Shown: positions 27,666 to 38,489, counted from the first letter of the stretch. The stretch: 64,000 bases of DNA from Candidatus Magasanikiibacteriota bacterium (GCA_016193335.1 JACPSK010000005.1:13308-77307), one strand, 5' to 3'. Notes: generated by a model from the sequence alone, not told the origin. A program made the numbers and translations.

Positions 27666-28613
27666 TCAAACTCCCAAAGCCCCGCATCTGGCCTCCCAGG
27701 CGGATTTAAATTGCGCGCGTCTGTCATTTTCGTGGAATTTAAGCCGTGAATCATTAATAACGACGCGGGTGTCCGGTTCATTCTGTACGCTATTCGTGTT
27801 GCGTGACATCTTGGCTCTTTGCAAAGAACGAGCTTGGTCTTCCAAAAAATTCCCATACTTCCCTTCCCACATCACTTCAAAAAAATGCCTTGCTCTCTTT
27901 TGCGCCTTTGCCTCTGGCACAATCCATCCTGGCGCCACTCTATAACCAAAAGATGCCTGAGACAGATACTTTTTGATCCAGACATTTGCATCCATAATCT
28001 GAGAATAGACCTGAGACGGATCATACACAGGCAAGAGCCGAGCGAGCCAGTACACCAAATATATGTCCGCTTCTTCCAAAACCAAATCTGAGATGTCGAG
28101 GGCATTGTCGGTCACATAAAAACTCAAACACAATTTATCCTGTATCTTGGTTTTACCTCGTCTCAATCCAAAAAGCGATAAAATACAGCTAACCAAAAAC
28201 CGGCTGATCCAAAGTCTGCCTGCTTTCGTGACTATAAATACATCTATGTCGCTGTCTTTCTTGGGCCAAGCAAAAGCCAGGGTATTGCATACAAAAACAG
28301 CCCTTACAAAAGGAACCCAACGAAGTTTGCGAATCCCTTTCCGAGCGATTTCCATCTTTTTTTCAAGAAGCCAAATCTTTTGCTGACGTATATGAACGAT
28401 AGCCCCGCGTCCCGGCAAAACGACATACCCGGAAACCAGCTCCAATTCGCCATTCTGTTTGAGGCTGTCAAGAAATTTCAAAAAATCACGCTCAACAATA
28501 AAATCCTCATAAGACCACAACCATGTATGCAACTCTTGAGAAGTGAGCGGGTAATCGAATATATCAAAAAATGCCAAAGTCTTTAAAATAGAAACTCGTA
28601 ACGGCTCATTCAT
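27666..28613 (-). CDS. nucleotidyltransferase-like conserved hypothetical protein
   Basis: SDIDVFIV motif, FDYPLT N-terminus, coupled to the ligase gene. Confidence 0.6.
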   Translation of the reverse strand: MNEPLRVSILKTLAFFDIFDYPLTSQELHTWLWSYEDFIVERDFLKFLDSLKQNGELELVSGYVVLPGRGAIVHIRQQKIWLLEKKMEIARKGIRKLRWVPFVRAVFVCNTLAFAWPKKDSDIDVFIVTKAGRLWISRFLVSCILSLFGLRRGKTKIQDKLCLSFYVTDNALDISDLVLEEADIYLVYWLARLLPVYDPSQVYSQIMDANVWIKKYLSQASFGYRVAPGWIVPEAKAQKRARHFFEVMWEGKYGNFLEDQARSLQRAKMSRNTNSVQNEPDTRVVINDSRLKFHENDRRAQFKSAWEARCGALGV

Positions 28614-28799
28614 ATATGTTTTAGTGTAGCTTATCGTCAGAGGAATGTAAAAACCCCTATTCGGGGTTCAAAAATTCCGGAATGCATCAAGCAATAACCA
28701 CCATTAAATGGGTGCCCCACAGCCCACAGACTATTGTTTCAAAGTCTGAGCAGAGGCCAAAAGCTTAGGATGCCCTTTGGTGTTTGTATATACACCGAA

Positions 28800-29090
28800 T
28801 TACTCAACTTCCGTTATAGAGACCGGTTCAGCGCGATTGGGAGATTTTTCTTCGGTAACCTGCCTCGACGCGGCCAGGCTGTCTTCCACCGTTATTTGAG
28901 TCTCAGATATTGAAAGCACCTGATTTCGATGAATGAGATATTCACGAGACGCCAAGCGACGAGAACGAACAATATACTGCACAATGGAATGATCCGAAGA
29001 ATCCACAACAAAATCTCGCACCTTACCCAAATAGATGCCAGATTGTGTTCTGACCTGTAACCGCTTAAGTTGTGCGAGAGATACACGCAT
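28800..29090 (-). CDS. PRC-barrel domain protein
   Basis: V.TQSG.YLGKV.D..VD pattern. Confidence 0.75.
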   Translation of the reverse strand: MRVSLAQLKRLQVRTQSGIYLGKVRDFVVDSSDHSIVQYIVRSRRLASREYLIHRNQVLSISETQITVEDSLAASRQVTEEKSPNRAEPVSITEVE

Positions 29091-29096
29091 GGACCT

Positions 29097-29840
29097 TTAT
29101 GATACAAGCTCACCTTCTACCGCAGATGAGTCTGATTTTTTCTTTTTAAACAAAACCATCTGTTGCAAACCAGTCAAGAGAGTAGACAAAAACCAATAGA
29201 GAGACAAACCGGCCGGAAATTGCAAACCAATGATAACAGTCAAAAAGGGCATCATATAGAGCATCTGCTTGTTCATCATAGCGGCCATGCCCTCATCTTT
29301 GGCCCCGGTCCCCGCTTCTTTGGGCGGCTTCTTGTGTGAAAACATTTTTGCCTGCCAAAATTGGGCGGCTCCCGCCAAAATGGCGAGCACAATGCTTCTC
29401 TTGCCCAAATCAACTAAGCCAAGAGAAATGGGATTGATCGAGCCGGGGTTTGACACAAAAGGGTAGAGAGCATCAAAATTGTTTGAAGTGATACCTGAGC
29501 GCAACACATAAAACAAGGCCAAAAAAATCGGCAGCTGCACCAAAATGGGGAGACAAGAACCCAAAGGATTTACTTTATGCTCTTTGTATAATTTCATGGT
29601 CTCCTGGGCCAAACGCTGTTGATCATTTTTATAGGTGACCTTGAGCGCGTTCAATTTTGGCTGCAATTCGGTAAGAGATTTTTGAGCCTTTATGGAAGAG
29701 GAAGTAAGCGGATACAAGACTACTTTTATAAAAATGGTCAAAACAACAATAACAACTCCCAAATCAGGAATGATGTTGTACAGGCCGACAAATATATTGA
29801 AAATGGGATCGTAGAGCAAAGCTTGAAAAAAAGCGCGCAT
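29097..29840 (-). CDS. yidC: membrane protein insertase YidC/Oxa1
   Basis: LQPKL, KLYKEHKVNPLGSCLPILVQLPI, PAGLSLYW. Confidence 0.93.
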   Translation of the reverse strand: MRAFFQALLYDPIFNIFVGLYNIIPDLGVVIVVLTIFIKVVLYPLTSSSIKAQKSLTELQPKLNALKVTYKNDQQRLAQETMKLYKEHKVNPLGSCLPILVQLPIFLALFYVLRSGITSNNFDALYPFVSNPGSINPISLGLVDLGKRSIVLAILAGAAQFWQAKMFSHKKPPKEAGTGAKDEGMAAMMNKQMLYMMPFLTVIIGLQFPAGLSLYWFLSTLLTGLQQMVLFKKKKSDSSAVEGELVS

Positions 29841-30103
29841 AATAGAAATTAAAATATTACATACAATAGAACGTCCAATATTGAATACGAGATAACACTT
29901 CCTATCCCAGAGTCAGCTGAGTATATCACCGGCAGATATTTGTTTCAAGTGCACGGTGCAGAATGATAGATGAAAACCATCGCCTCGTATCCAGACCTGA
30001 AATCTGTTCTTTAAACGGCCGGTGCGCTAACCCCGCATCCTAAAAATTTTAAAAGACGCCTTCACCTGGAAAGCGCCTTTCAATACGCTAGAGCCCATTA
30101 TGA

Positions 30104-31426
30104 TTATTCGGCTCCCTGGGTTTCGTCTTGTTCAAGATTTTGGTTTTCAGCGTTATGAGATTCAGAAGGAGAAATAGGTTCAGAATCAGGCTTTTCAGGC
30201 TGGGCCTGTTGATCTTCGGAACTTGAGACAGCGGTTTCAGCGCTCTCGTCAGAGTTAGAAGAAGACGACTCAGCAGAAGCGGGCGGTTTCTGCTCCAGCA
30301 CTTTTATAGTCCAGCCGGTTAATTCAGAGGCCAAACGCACATTTTGGCCTTCACGTCCTATCGCGAGCGAAAATTGGTCCTCTGCCACGTACACAAGCGC
30401 CTCTTTGTTGGATTCGTCAAGTTCCACGGTGCTGATTTTGGCAGGTGATAAAGCATTTTTTATATATGCTTTCGCGTCTTCACTATATTCTATAATATCA
30501 ATTTTTTCACCTCCCAATTCATCAATAATGGTATTGATACGGCTGCCACGCTGGCCTATGCAAGAGCCGATGGGATCTATATTGTCATTATCAGTAGACA
30601 CCGCAACTTTGGAACGGCCGCCCGCCTCACGCGCTATATTTTTTATTTCCACTTCCCCGCTTTCTATTTCCGGTATCTCTTGTTCAAATATGGTTTGCAC
30701 CATGCGTTTGTCGGCGCGAGATAGCATAATTTCAGGGCCTCTGCTTCCCATTTCCACTGAAACCAAATAAAATTTCATCCGAGCGCCCGGTGTGTAATGT
30801 TCGCGTCTAACTTGGCCATTCTGCGGCACAATACCCGTTACTTTTCCCAAATCAATGATAAGAGCGCCGCTTCGATCCCGTCTTTGCACAAAGCCCTGGA
30901 CAATGCTTCCTAGCTGACCCTTAAAGTCTTCATATACCGTACTTCTCTCGGCTTCGCGAAGTTTTTGAATAATAACCTGCTTGGCGGTTTGAGCGGCCAT
31001 GCGCCCAAAATCTCCCGGGACTTCGAGATCTATTTTCAAAATTTCACCAAGCTCTGCCTTGGGCTTCAATTCCTTGGCCTGAGTGACCATGATCTGAGTC
31101 TTGGGATTAAAACGGATCAAATCTTCCATTTCTTCGTCCGAAAGTTCCCGTCGTTCCTTGCGAGCTTCTTCTCGACGCTTGGTCATTTCTTCCTGAGCTT
31201 GCTCCAAAATTTCTTCGGAAATGTCTTCCACGACTTCTTTTTCATCCCAAACCTTCATGTCTCCGGTCTCAGGATCAAACTCAACTTTGATGTTTTGTTG
31301 ACGATTGCCGAAATCTTTTCGATACGCGGCGGCCAGAGCCGATTGCAAAGCATCCATGACCACCGAAGGGTCCAGCCCTTTTTCGTCACAGACAATCTGA
31401 ATTGATTTTGTTATTTCTGATGCCAT
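30104..31426 (-). CDS. nusA: transcription termination/antitermination factor
   Basis: FGRMAAQTAKQVIIQ, AREAG.RSKVAV, SLAIG.EGQNVRLAS.LTGW. Confidence 0.96.
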   Translation of the reverse strand: MASEITKSIQIVCDEKGLDPSVVMDALQSALAAAYRKDFGNRQQNIKVEFDPETGDMKVWDEKEVVEDISEEILEQAQEEMTKRREEARKERRELSDEEMEDLIRFNPKTQIMVTQAKELKPKAELGEILKIDLEVPGDFGRMAAQTAKQVIIQKLREAERSTVYEDFKGQLGSIVQGFVQRRDRSGALIIDLGKVTGIVPQNGQVRREHYTPGARMKFYLVSVEMGSRGPEIMLSRADKRMVQTIFEQEIPEIESGEVEIKNIAREAGGRSKVAVSTDNDNIDPIGSCIGQRGSRINTIIDELGGEKIDIIEYSEDAKAYIKNALSPAKISTVELDESNKEALVYVAEDQFSLAIGREGQNVRLASELTGWTIKVLEQKPPASAESSSSNSDESAETAVSSSEDQQAQPEKPDSEPISPSESHNAENQNLEQDETQGAE

Positions 31427-31625
31427 ATAAAAATAGGTTATGAGATCCGCACTTATAAAAAACGCAGCTTCATAATGAAGCTGCGTTTATACTATAGCAG
31501 AATTCTTGGAACCTGTCAAATCACCGACTTCAATCTTCTGTGTTCAAATATACGGAACAAAGTTCCTCATTTCCCAAGCAAGGAACAGACTTTGAACAAT
31601 CCTTACGGGCTCTTGGGTTACGGGC

Positions 31626-33347
31626 TCAAAATGCTTTGCAGGCGAGACCGTCTCCGCAGCCAATCGCGAAATTGGTGCAGGTAAAAAAGCTTCCGCTCTG
31701 GTCAAAACACACATAAGGCAATTTTTCATTTTGACACAAGGCAAAGGATTCGCTGGCTTCAGAGGCTTTAAGCGCGCAGGCGTCGGGAGCGCATATCTCA
31801 CTGTTTATAAACATGGGATCTTTGCCTTCAAGAGACTTTGCCATTTGGTTGATGCAGGTGCGCGCCGCGTCTGGACTCCCTGCGTATGGGCCATTTGTAG
31901 TCAGAGAACAACCAGCAAGAGTCTGAGTGCTCACGAAATTGTCGTAAGGATTCCAATCCAATACGGCATAAGCGTCTTGCCCTACTTTAAAAGTGACCAT
32001 TCCTCGGTACACATCAGCGCATTCATAAGAATTGACGAGATTTTGCCAGGAATTTTTTGACAAACCCTGCACAGAGCTCAGGCGCTTAAAACATATGTCT
32101 GCCTTGTTCGCGGCGCTTGTGGCGCAGAATTCTTTTTCTTTGTAACATTGAGAAAGACCCAAAAAGAAAATATTCTGTTCAAGAGAAGCGGAAAGCTCGT
32201 CTACACAAGCTTTGGCATTGGCAAAAGAATCAGGATTAAGACTGCATCCGGAAAATTGTTGGCCGAGAATAAGATCGGCCGTGTTATCATATGAAACTGT
32301 TTGATATAAGGCCCCATTTTTTATAATAGGCATGCCTTTGTATACACCTTCGCAACCGTAGGTATCGAGCATATATTGAGCCTGAGTCTCGAGACCTGCG
32401 GCTTTAAAACGATTGGCGCAAAAACCCTTACCCGAAGCTTCACAAAAACCGGCCAAATCCGGGCAGGTGGATTCTCCGAGATATAAATCTTTACCTTTTA
32501 TTTCTGAAGTTAGCTCATCAAGACAAGCTTTTACGATCTCAGGCGTTTTGGCGAAATTCGAATTCACCAAAGAACAATTGGCCAAATACACAGGCCCGGG
32601 GACATTATCATAAAGATTCACGTTCAGAGCCGCATAACCTTGAGGGTCGGAAATGATGGGAAATCCTTTGTATACGCCGGCGCATTGATGATTTTGAAGC
32701 AAGGTATCTATAGCTCCTTCATCCAATTTGGTGGCGGAAACTAAGCGTTTTTTGCATATGCCAGGATCCAGAGCCGCGGGGACTGAACAAAAATTACTGT
32801 CTTTAAAAACTGGTTCTGTTATTTCTATGGTTCCGCTTTCTGTGGGTCCCACAGGCTTGGAGCTTAAACCGAATTTGGCAAAGGGAACCCCGTAGTTATT
32901 ATTTTTTTCATTCAATTCAAGGATATAACCCTTCGGGTCTTTTTCTTTATAATCAATGTAGGCTATAAGTTGATTTTCTGCAGCATCTTCTTGGTATATC
33001 TTTTCAAGAACAATATCCACTTTCCCGGATTGGCCGGGCTTAAGCTGAAAAGAACCAGGCTGAGTGCTTAGTGTAGTAACTTTTTTTGCAAGTTCTGCCG
33101 AAGGTTTAGAATACAAAAATAAAGCGTATCTTCCCTTCACCTGAGTCTTTCCTATATTTGCGAATTCAACAGAAACCGTATCTTGTTCCTGACCGACTTG
33201 ATATATCAAGTCTTTAATGACAAGGTCGGGCTTTGCGAAAGCTCCACCGGCCGCTGAAGCTGCCAAAGCCGCGGCGCCGAGAAACGCCGAAGCCACTGCG
33301 AGCTTGGCACCGGTCACTGCCTGAACTTTTGTCGTTTCTTGTGGCAT
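31626..33347 (-). CDS. putative surface protein: shared N-terminal motif, CARDB-like domain, three Cys-rich repeats
   Basis: PDLVI...N.G...ELNEKNN; three ~100 aa six-Cys repeats. Confidence 0.65.
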   Translation of the reverse strand: MPQETTKVQAVTGAKLAVASAFLGAAALAASAAGGAFAKPDLVIKDLIYQVGQEQDTVSVEFANIGKTQVKGRYALFLYSKPSAELAKKVTTLSTQPGSFQLKPGQSGKVDIVLEKIYQEDAAENQLIAYIDYKEKDPKGYILELNEKNNNYGVPFAKFGLSSKPVGPTESGTIEITEPVFKDSNFCSVPAALDPGICKKRLVSATKLDEGAIDTLLQNHQCAGVYKGFPIISDPQGYAALNVNLYDNVPGPVYLANCSLVNSNFAKTPEIVKACLDELTSEIKGKDLYLGESTCPDLAGFCEASGKGFCANRFKAAGLETQAQYMLDTYGCEGVYKGMPIIKNGALYQTVSYDNTADLILGQQFSGCSLNPDSFANAKACVDELSASLEQNIFFLGLSQCYKEKEFCATSAANKADICFKRLSSVQGLSKNSWQNLVNSYECADVYRGMVTFKVGQDAYAVLDWNPYDNFVSTQTLAGCSLTTNGPYAGSPDAARTCINQMAKSLEGKDPMFINSEICAPDACALKASEASESFALCQNEKLPYVCFDQSGSFFTCTNFAIGCGDGLACKAF

Positions 33348-33374
33348 AGAAAATAAAATTATAATAAAAAATAA

Positions 33375-33986
33375 TTAAAGTTTGGGACCATAGGATACGG
33401 AGAGCTCATTATTTTTTTCGTTCAATTCTGGAATCTCCGCTTTAAAATCCACAACCGCGCGTATTTCCATCCGGTTTTCTCCTGTTAGAGAATCACTAAA
33501 ACGAGGAACCAGCACCTGCGCTACACCCTTGTCGCCAGGCTTAAGACGATACTCGTTTAAACCGGAAACCGTATTCCCTTCGGAACGAAATTTGGCGTTT
33601 ATAGGAATAAGCAACATGCCAGCCTGCTGTTTTTTTAGAAGAAAAAAAGTGGCCGGAGCTTGAGAAGCTTCCTCAGCCTTATAGTCCACCATATGCTGAA
33701 CACGAGCCGCCCCTATGAGGGGATCGTCAAATTGAAGACCCAACTCAAAAACCTTTGTATTTTCAGTATTTCCTGCGTTGGAATAATATATAGAAACCGT
33801 GTCATGCTCTGAATCCGCGTAAGCCGAAGAATCATTCACCGTAATCTGATCTATCACAAGATCTGGATTATTCGCCTGAATATCAGCGGCAGAAGCAGCC
33901 AAAACGGCGGCGCCCAAATAGGCTACGCTTATAGCCATTTTTGTCTTAGAGACCGACTGTGTTTTTATTTGTGTGGCTATGGGCAC
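33375..33986 (-). CDS. putative surface protein with CARDB-like domain, paralogous N-terminus to 31626-33347
   Basis: GTG start gives MPIATQIKTQSV...; PDLVI...ELNEKNN. Confidence 0.65.
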   Translation of the reverse strand: MPIATQIKTQSVSKTKMAISVAYLGAAVLAASAADIQANNPDLVIDQITVNDSSAYADSEHDTVSIYYSNAGNTENTKVFELGLQFDDPLIGAARVQHMVDYKAEEASQAPATFFLLKKQQAGMLLIPINAKFRSEGNTVSGLNEYRLKPGDKGVAQVLVPRFSDSLTGENRMEIRAVVDFKAEIPELNEKNNELSVSYGPKL

Positions 33987-34126
33987 AGGAAAAGAGAAAT
34001 TTTTAATTTGCAATTTTTAATTTTTAATTCCTGCGTGGTGATGCAATCAATATCTTTCAGCGTCTCATCATTCCAAAGAATCAATCCTCTCGCGACAGAC
34101 CATGAAAAATCTTCGCTAAGCGCGAC

Positions 34127-35302
34127 TTAATGAATCTCTTCTCGCTTCATTCCCACCCACTCGGCGACAATTTCTTTGATATCGTCCACATCCACCGTGC
34201 TTTGAACCTCATCCGCGGCCTTTCCCCTCTCTGCTTCTTCAATTTTTTTGACCTGTTCGACAATTTTTTTTCTGATAGTGAATAATTTTTTTTCGTCGTC
34301 AGTGCCCTGTTCTTGAGAGCGTAAATCTTCCAATTCTTTTTTCATTTTTCCAGCGGCATTGGAGTGAAATACACTCTTTTGTTTCGCGGCTCCGTGCAAA
34401 AGAGCTCCCGCGTGATCTACGGCTGAACCTTCCTGAACATTTACCATGGCGGCGGCCTCGTCGATAAGATCTATCGCCTTATCCGGAAGCCGGCGGCCTT
34501 TTATATATTCATGAGAAAGAGTAACCGCTTTTTTGATGGCTTCATCGGTAAACTGCACTTTGTGATAAGCTTCGTAATTCTTTTTGATGCCCTGGAGAAT
34601 GGTTATCGCCTCTTCCACGCTCGGCTCATCCACCAATACAGGCTGGAAACGACGCACCCAGGTCTCGTCCGGAGCTATAAATTCGTCATATTCTTTTTGC
34701 GTGGTCGCTCCTATGAGCTGCAAATCGCCTCGAGCTAGAGCCGGTTTCAGAATGTCGGAAAGGTTCACCGAACCTTCGGCACCTTTGGTCTGCATAACGG
34801 TATGAATTTCGTCCACAAACAATATGATCGAACGGTTTGATTGGCTGATCTCTTCTACCACCCTTTTGATGCGCTGTTCAAATTCGCCGCGGTATTTGGT
34901 CCCGGCCAAAAGTTCCGCTACCCGCAAAGATAAAATACGTTTATCCTTTAATACTTGAGGAACGTCGTTGGTAACAATCTTAAGGGCCAAACCTTCAGCT
35001 ATAGCCGTCTTGCCTACACCGGGAGGACCGAGCAAAATGACATTATTCTTATTGCGTCGGGTCAAAATCTGAGTGACACGCATAATTTCTTCTTCTCTCC
35101 CTATAACCGGATCAAAGCGGCCATCTCGGGCGTTTTGGGTGAGATCGGTGGAAAAACTGGCCAGAGCCGGCGTATTGCCTGAAGTTCTTTTTGAAGCAAA
35201 AGATCCGAAACCCGAAGACCTTTTTTGGGCGAACAAATAATAGGTAACTGTAAATATAATTATCGCGACCCCGAACCAACGTAATAACTCAAAAAGAGTC
35301 AT
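34127..35302 (-). CDS. membrane-anchored ClpA/B/C-type AAA+ protein with first nucleotide-binding domain only
   Basis: N-terminal [46 protein letters not shown]; ends before NBD2. Confidence 0.85.
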   Translation of the reverse strand: MTLFELLRWFGVAIIIFTVTYYLFAQKRSSGFGSFASKRTSGNTPALASFSTDLTQNARDGRFDPVIGREEEIMRVTQILTRRNKNNVILLGPPGVGKTAIAEGLALKIVTNDVPQVLKDKRILSLRVAELLAGTKYRGEFEQRIKRVVEEISQSNRSIILFVDEIHTVMQTKGAEGSVNLSDILKPALARGDLQLIGATTQKEYDEFIAPDETWVRRFQPVLVDEPSVEEAITILQGIKKNYEAYHKVQFTDEAIKKAVTLSHEYIKGRRLPDKAIDLIDEAAAMVNVQEGSAVDHAGALLHGAAKQKSVFHSNAAGKMKKELEDLRSQEQGTDDEKKLFTIRKKIVEQVKKIEEAERGKAADEVQSTVDVDDIKEIVAEWVGMKREEIH

Positions 35303-35457
35303 ATAATTTAGATTAAAATGGTATCAGCAGTATAGCATCTCTACTCATACCTGTGAAGCGCTTTGAATGAGGAAAATCATTATTTCCTTTTCCTACTAAA
35401 ACCAATAGACAAAAAAATAAAAAGAATAAAATCCTATAATTCAAAGGAAACAGGATC

Positions 35458-35847
35458 TTAACAATTGACCATGGGCAATAATCGTTTTTGAAAATGCAAA
35501 CGCCTATGCAAACGATTAATATACAGGCTGATATGTTCAAACCTTATACCAACAGAATCCAAATCAATACCACGCAAAGCGCAATACTCTATAGCGGCTC
35601 TGTATATTCTTTGTCTTTTCTTGGCTTCGGTCGCGTATTCTGGCAAAGAAAAAAGACTGCTGCGAGTCTTAACTTCAATAAAAGATAGTACGAATCTCCC
35701 CTCTGACGCCATATAAGCAATTATATCTATTTCGCCTCTCCTCGTTCTGAAATTAGTTTCTGCTATCCGATAGCCCTGACGTTTTAAAAAAGCGCAGGAT
35801 TGGGCCTCGCCCCAGATTCCTATATTTTGGGCTCCGCTCTTCGACAT
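35458..35847 (-). CDS. YraN family (UPF0102) nuclease-like protein
   Basis: G.WGE...FL..GY.I...NFR...GEIDIIA...FIEVKTR. Confidence 0.88.
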   Translation of the reverse strand: MSKSGAQNIGIWGEAQSCAFLKRQGYRIAETNFRTRRGEIDIIAYMASEGRFVLSFIEVKTRSSLFSLPEYATEAKKRQRIYRAAIEYCALRGIDLDSVGIRFEHISLYINRLHRRLHFQKRLLPMVNC

Positions 35848-35860
35848 AATGGTAGATTTG

Positions 35861-36415
35861 TTAGGAGTGCCGGAACAAAATCAAGGCCTTATGATAGGAA
35901 CCCACATCAAAATCATCTTGCACTACACAGCCACAGGTCCGAGCCAGGACGCTGAGTCTGGGAAAATCAACCATTTTGTCTAAAGCAGGGCCAAGATTGG
36001 CAAGTCTTTTTACCCAATCTACCACGACAATTCTTCCTTTGTCTTTCAAAACACGGAGAGCCTCTTTAAGAACTGCCTCATAATCCGAAATATGAAACAT
36101 AACATTCACCAAAAAAATAAGGTCCAGGCTGGCGGCCGGTATGGCTACCGAACCCGAACGTTCTATGTCGGCCCACACCGTGTGTATATTCACAAAACGT
36201 TCGAGTTCCGCCCGTTTTCTGATAGATTCCAACACATCTTTAAGTATATCCACCGCGTATACTACTCCCCGTTCACCCACCATCTGAGCCGCGGGAAATA
36301 CAAGATGGCCGGTTCTCCCAACGCCAAAATCCGCCACATGCATTTGGGGGCGCAACTGAACCTTGCTGAAAAGAATCCCGGGATCGATAAGCTGATGGTC
36401 ACGACTCTCTAACAT
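35861..36415 (-). CDS. class I SAM-dependent methyltransferase
   Basis: VADFGVGRTG, VYAVDI, RVLK..GRIVVVDW. Confidence 0.85.
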   Translation of the reverse strand: MLESRDHQLIDPGILFSKVQLRPQMHVADFGVGRTGHLVFPAAQMVGERGVVYAVDILKDVLESIRKRAELERFVNIHTVWADIERSGSVAIPAASLDLIFLVNVMFHISDYEAVLKEALRVLKDKGRIVVVDWVKRLANLGPALDKMVDFPRLSVLARTCGCVVQDDFDVGSYHKALILFRHS

Positions 36416-36610
36416 ACCGGCACATACTTATTATTAGCAGCCCTTGATTAAAAATTTGTAATTTTCATTTTTTAAACAATTTTTGATTTTGATAGAATCG
36501 GATAAGCGAATGCAGTCCCTCTGAGCTTGTCGCAAAAATGATCCATCCCTATTCAGGCGCTCAGTCTCTGTTATGGGTAGGATTATTGCGGAGATTTGAT
36601 TGCAAAATGT

Positions 36611-36850
36611 TTAAAGCCCAAAAAGACGACCAAAAACACCTACAATAATTTCTCCAAGAAGCCCGGTCATGCCAAACAAAGAAAGAACAATAAAAATTAT
36701 GCCGAGAAGTTTGTACATCAGATAGGTGCCTCCACCCCCCAGATGATCCTCTGCCCAGGCGCTATGCCCAAAATTTTGGACAAACCAGCTGCTCTTGACC
36801 ACCATAAAAAAACCGAGCGCTATAATTCCTATCCCGAAAATATATTTCAT
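36611..36850 (-). CDS. small two-helix membrane protein
   Basis: 79 aa hydrophobic ORF with WAE..LG.GG loop. Confidence 0.65.
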   Translation of the reverse strand: MKYIFGIGIIALGFFMVVKSSWFVQNFGHSAWAEDHLGGGGTYLMYKLLGIIFIVLSLFGMTGLLGEIIVGVFGRLFGL

Positions 36851-36859
36851 AATAATATG

Positions 36860-37020
36860 AAATTTTTAATTTGTAATTTATAATTTTTAAACAATTCATA
36901 ATAATACAATTTCTAATGATCTAAACGAAATACCGCTATCTGAAAGATACCTTATAGCAGACTCGGTCATTAGAAATTTATATAGAATAAAAATTTTTTA
37001 AAAATTATAAATTACAAATT
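36860..37020. repeat. AT-rich palindromic element with 7-bp repeat arms, copy 2 (inverted relative to copy 1)
   Basis: Reverse complement aligns with 16162-16338 including the central GAGTCTGC..GTATCTTTC core. Confidence 0.75.
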
Positions 37021-37139
37021 CTCCTCATACTATTGTACTATGAGACATCCGTATTTACAAGAAATAAAACTTGCGCGATAAACTGCTTTCTGATAGTCTC
37101 TCGGAAGCAGTTTTGCCCTGCGGCTACGTCGGATCAATC

Positions 37140-38108
37140 TCAAACTATCAATGTTTTAAATTCTTCCACCATGGGAACTTGTTCAGACTCGAGCCCATAG
37201 TGTTTGGCCAAATAAAAGGCCGCCCAATCAGCAAGCAACAATGAAGAAAATATCTTTTCAGACGCGGTCTCTCCCTTTAGTTCAAAGAACTCCACTTCCA
37301 GTTTTCTTTCTTCATACAGAGTTTTCAAAACATCCATACGCTTCAAAATCTTGGGATGGTCTGAAAGATCTTTGAGAAAAATAAAATAAAAACGCTCCGA
37401 GAGATGCCTGCTGGATTTTTTCACGTCAAAACCAGTCATTTCATTGTGATTCAATTCTGAAAAAAAATTGTAAAAAGCAGGAATTTTGCCGGTCTCATTA
37501 AATTTAATTTTCCAATTGTAGGCCAAGGAACGATTTACCCTCGAAGAATAGACAACAGGCACACGATCCTTGAGACGATTCGCAAGAGCCTTACCTGCTT
37601 TCTCATACATCAAAGGATCAAGACTCTCCGCAAGTTTGTAAGACTCTTCCAAAAGTGTGCCAAGGCCCATAAGGGCACAAAGACCTCTAAGACTAAGGCC
37701 CAAAGCGGAACGAGGCTGAATGCCCGTGTCGGGCATCTGAACATAGGGTACTTGGTCTCTTTGCGCCCTTTCTATGAGTTCGCCGCCAACAGCGATTGCG
37801 GCTACAGAGAGGCCCGCCGACCGGGCTTGGTCGTAAACTTCCAAAACTTCTTCAGTATTCCCCGAATAGGAACTGCATATAACGAGAGTCTCGGGAATAC
37901 AGGCGGATGGAATTGAAGGTAAACCATAATCACAGTGAACAGTAATATGGAGCTCAGGCCTGAGAGACGCGATAATATCGGCCGCAAGATGCGAACCGCC
38001 CATGCCTGCCACAATATACTTTTTTTTATCTTTCAATAAACTCCGATTTTCCACTCGCGGCTCGTAAGCGAATTGCGTATTAAATGTCCGAATAGCGTCC
38101 TGCATCAT
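37140..38108 (-). CDS. bifunctional phosphoglucose/phosphomannose isomerase (SIS domain)
   Basis: GMGGS, SYSGNTEE, QPRSALG, NETGK.PAF...SELNHNE. Confidence 0.88.
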   Translation of the reverse strand: MMQDAIRTFNTQFAYEPRVENRSLLKDKKKYIVAGMGGSHLAADIIASLRPELHITVHCDYGLPSIPSACIPETLVICSSYSGNTEEVLEVYDQARSAGLSVAAIAVGGELIERAQRDQVPYVQMPDTGIQPRSALGLSLRGLCALMGLGTLLEESYKLAESLDPLMYEKAGKALANRLKDRVPVVYSSRVNRSLAYNWKIKFNETGKIPAFYNFFSELNHNEMTGFDVKKSSRHLSERFYFIFLKDLSDHPKILKRMDVLKTLYEERKLEVEFFELKGETASEKIFSSLLLADWAAFYLAKHYGLESEQVPMVEEFKTLIV

Positions 38109-38157
38109 AGAATACCGTTTAGATCGTCAAAAGACAGACGTAATTAACTCCAAAAGC

Positions 38158-38409
38158 TTATCTTAATTTTTTCTCCAACTCAGCTTCTGCCTGCAATTTT
38201 GCCAAGTCATCATAGCCACCTACAAACTCATCTCCAATCACTATCATCGGTACGCTCTGCCAATGATACTTTTCAGACAGTTGCTCGCGCAGTTCGGGAT
38301 TTGAAGCAAGGTCCACTTCTTCATATGCTACGCCAAGAGAGCCGAGCAATGCTTTTGCCCGCGCGCAATAGGGACAAGTGGGTGTGCTGTATATAATGAC
38401 TTTTTTCAT
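38158..38409 (-). CDS. glutaredoxin
   Basis: CPYC, SVP, GGYDDL. Confidence 0.92.
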   Translation of the reverse strand: MKKVIIYSTPTCPYCARAKALLGSLGVAYEEVDLASNPELREQLSEKYHWQSVPMIVIGDEFVGGYDDLAKLQAEAELEKKLR

Positions 38410-38489
38410 AATATGTTGGGCCTAAGCTTAAGAAAAAAAACCGAAATTGTCAAATATACCATGCCTTTTCGATACACTATAACACAGTA

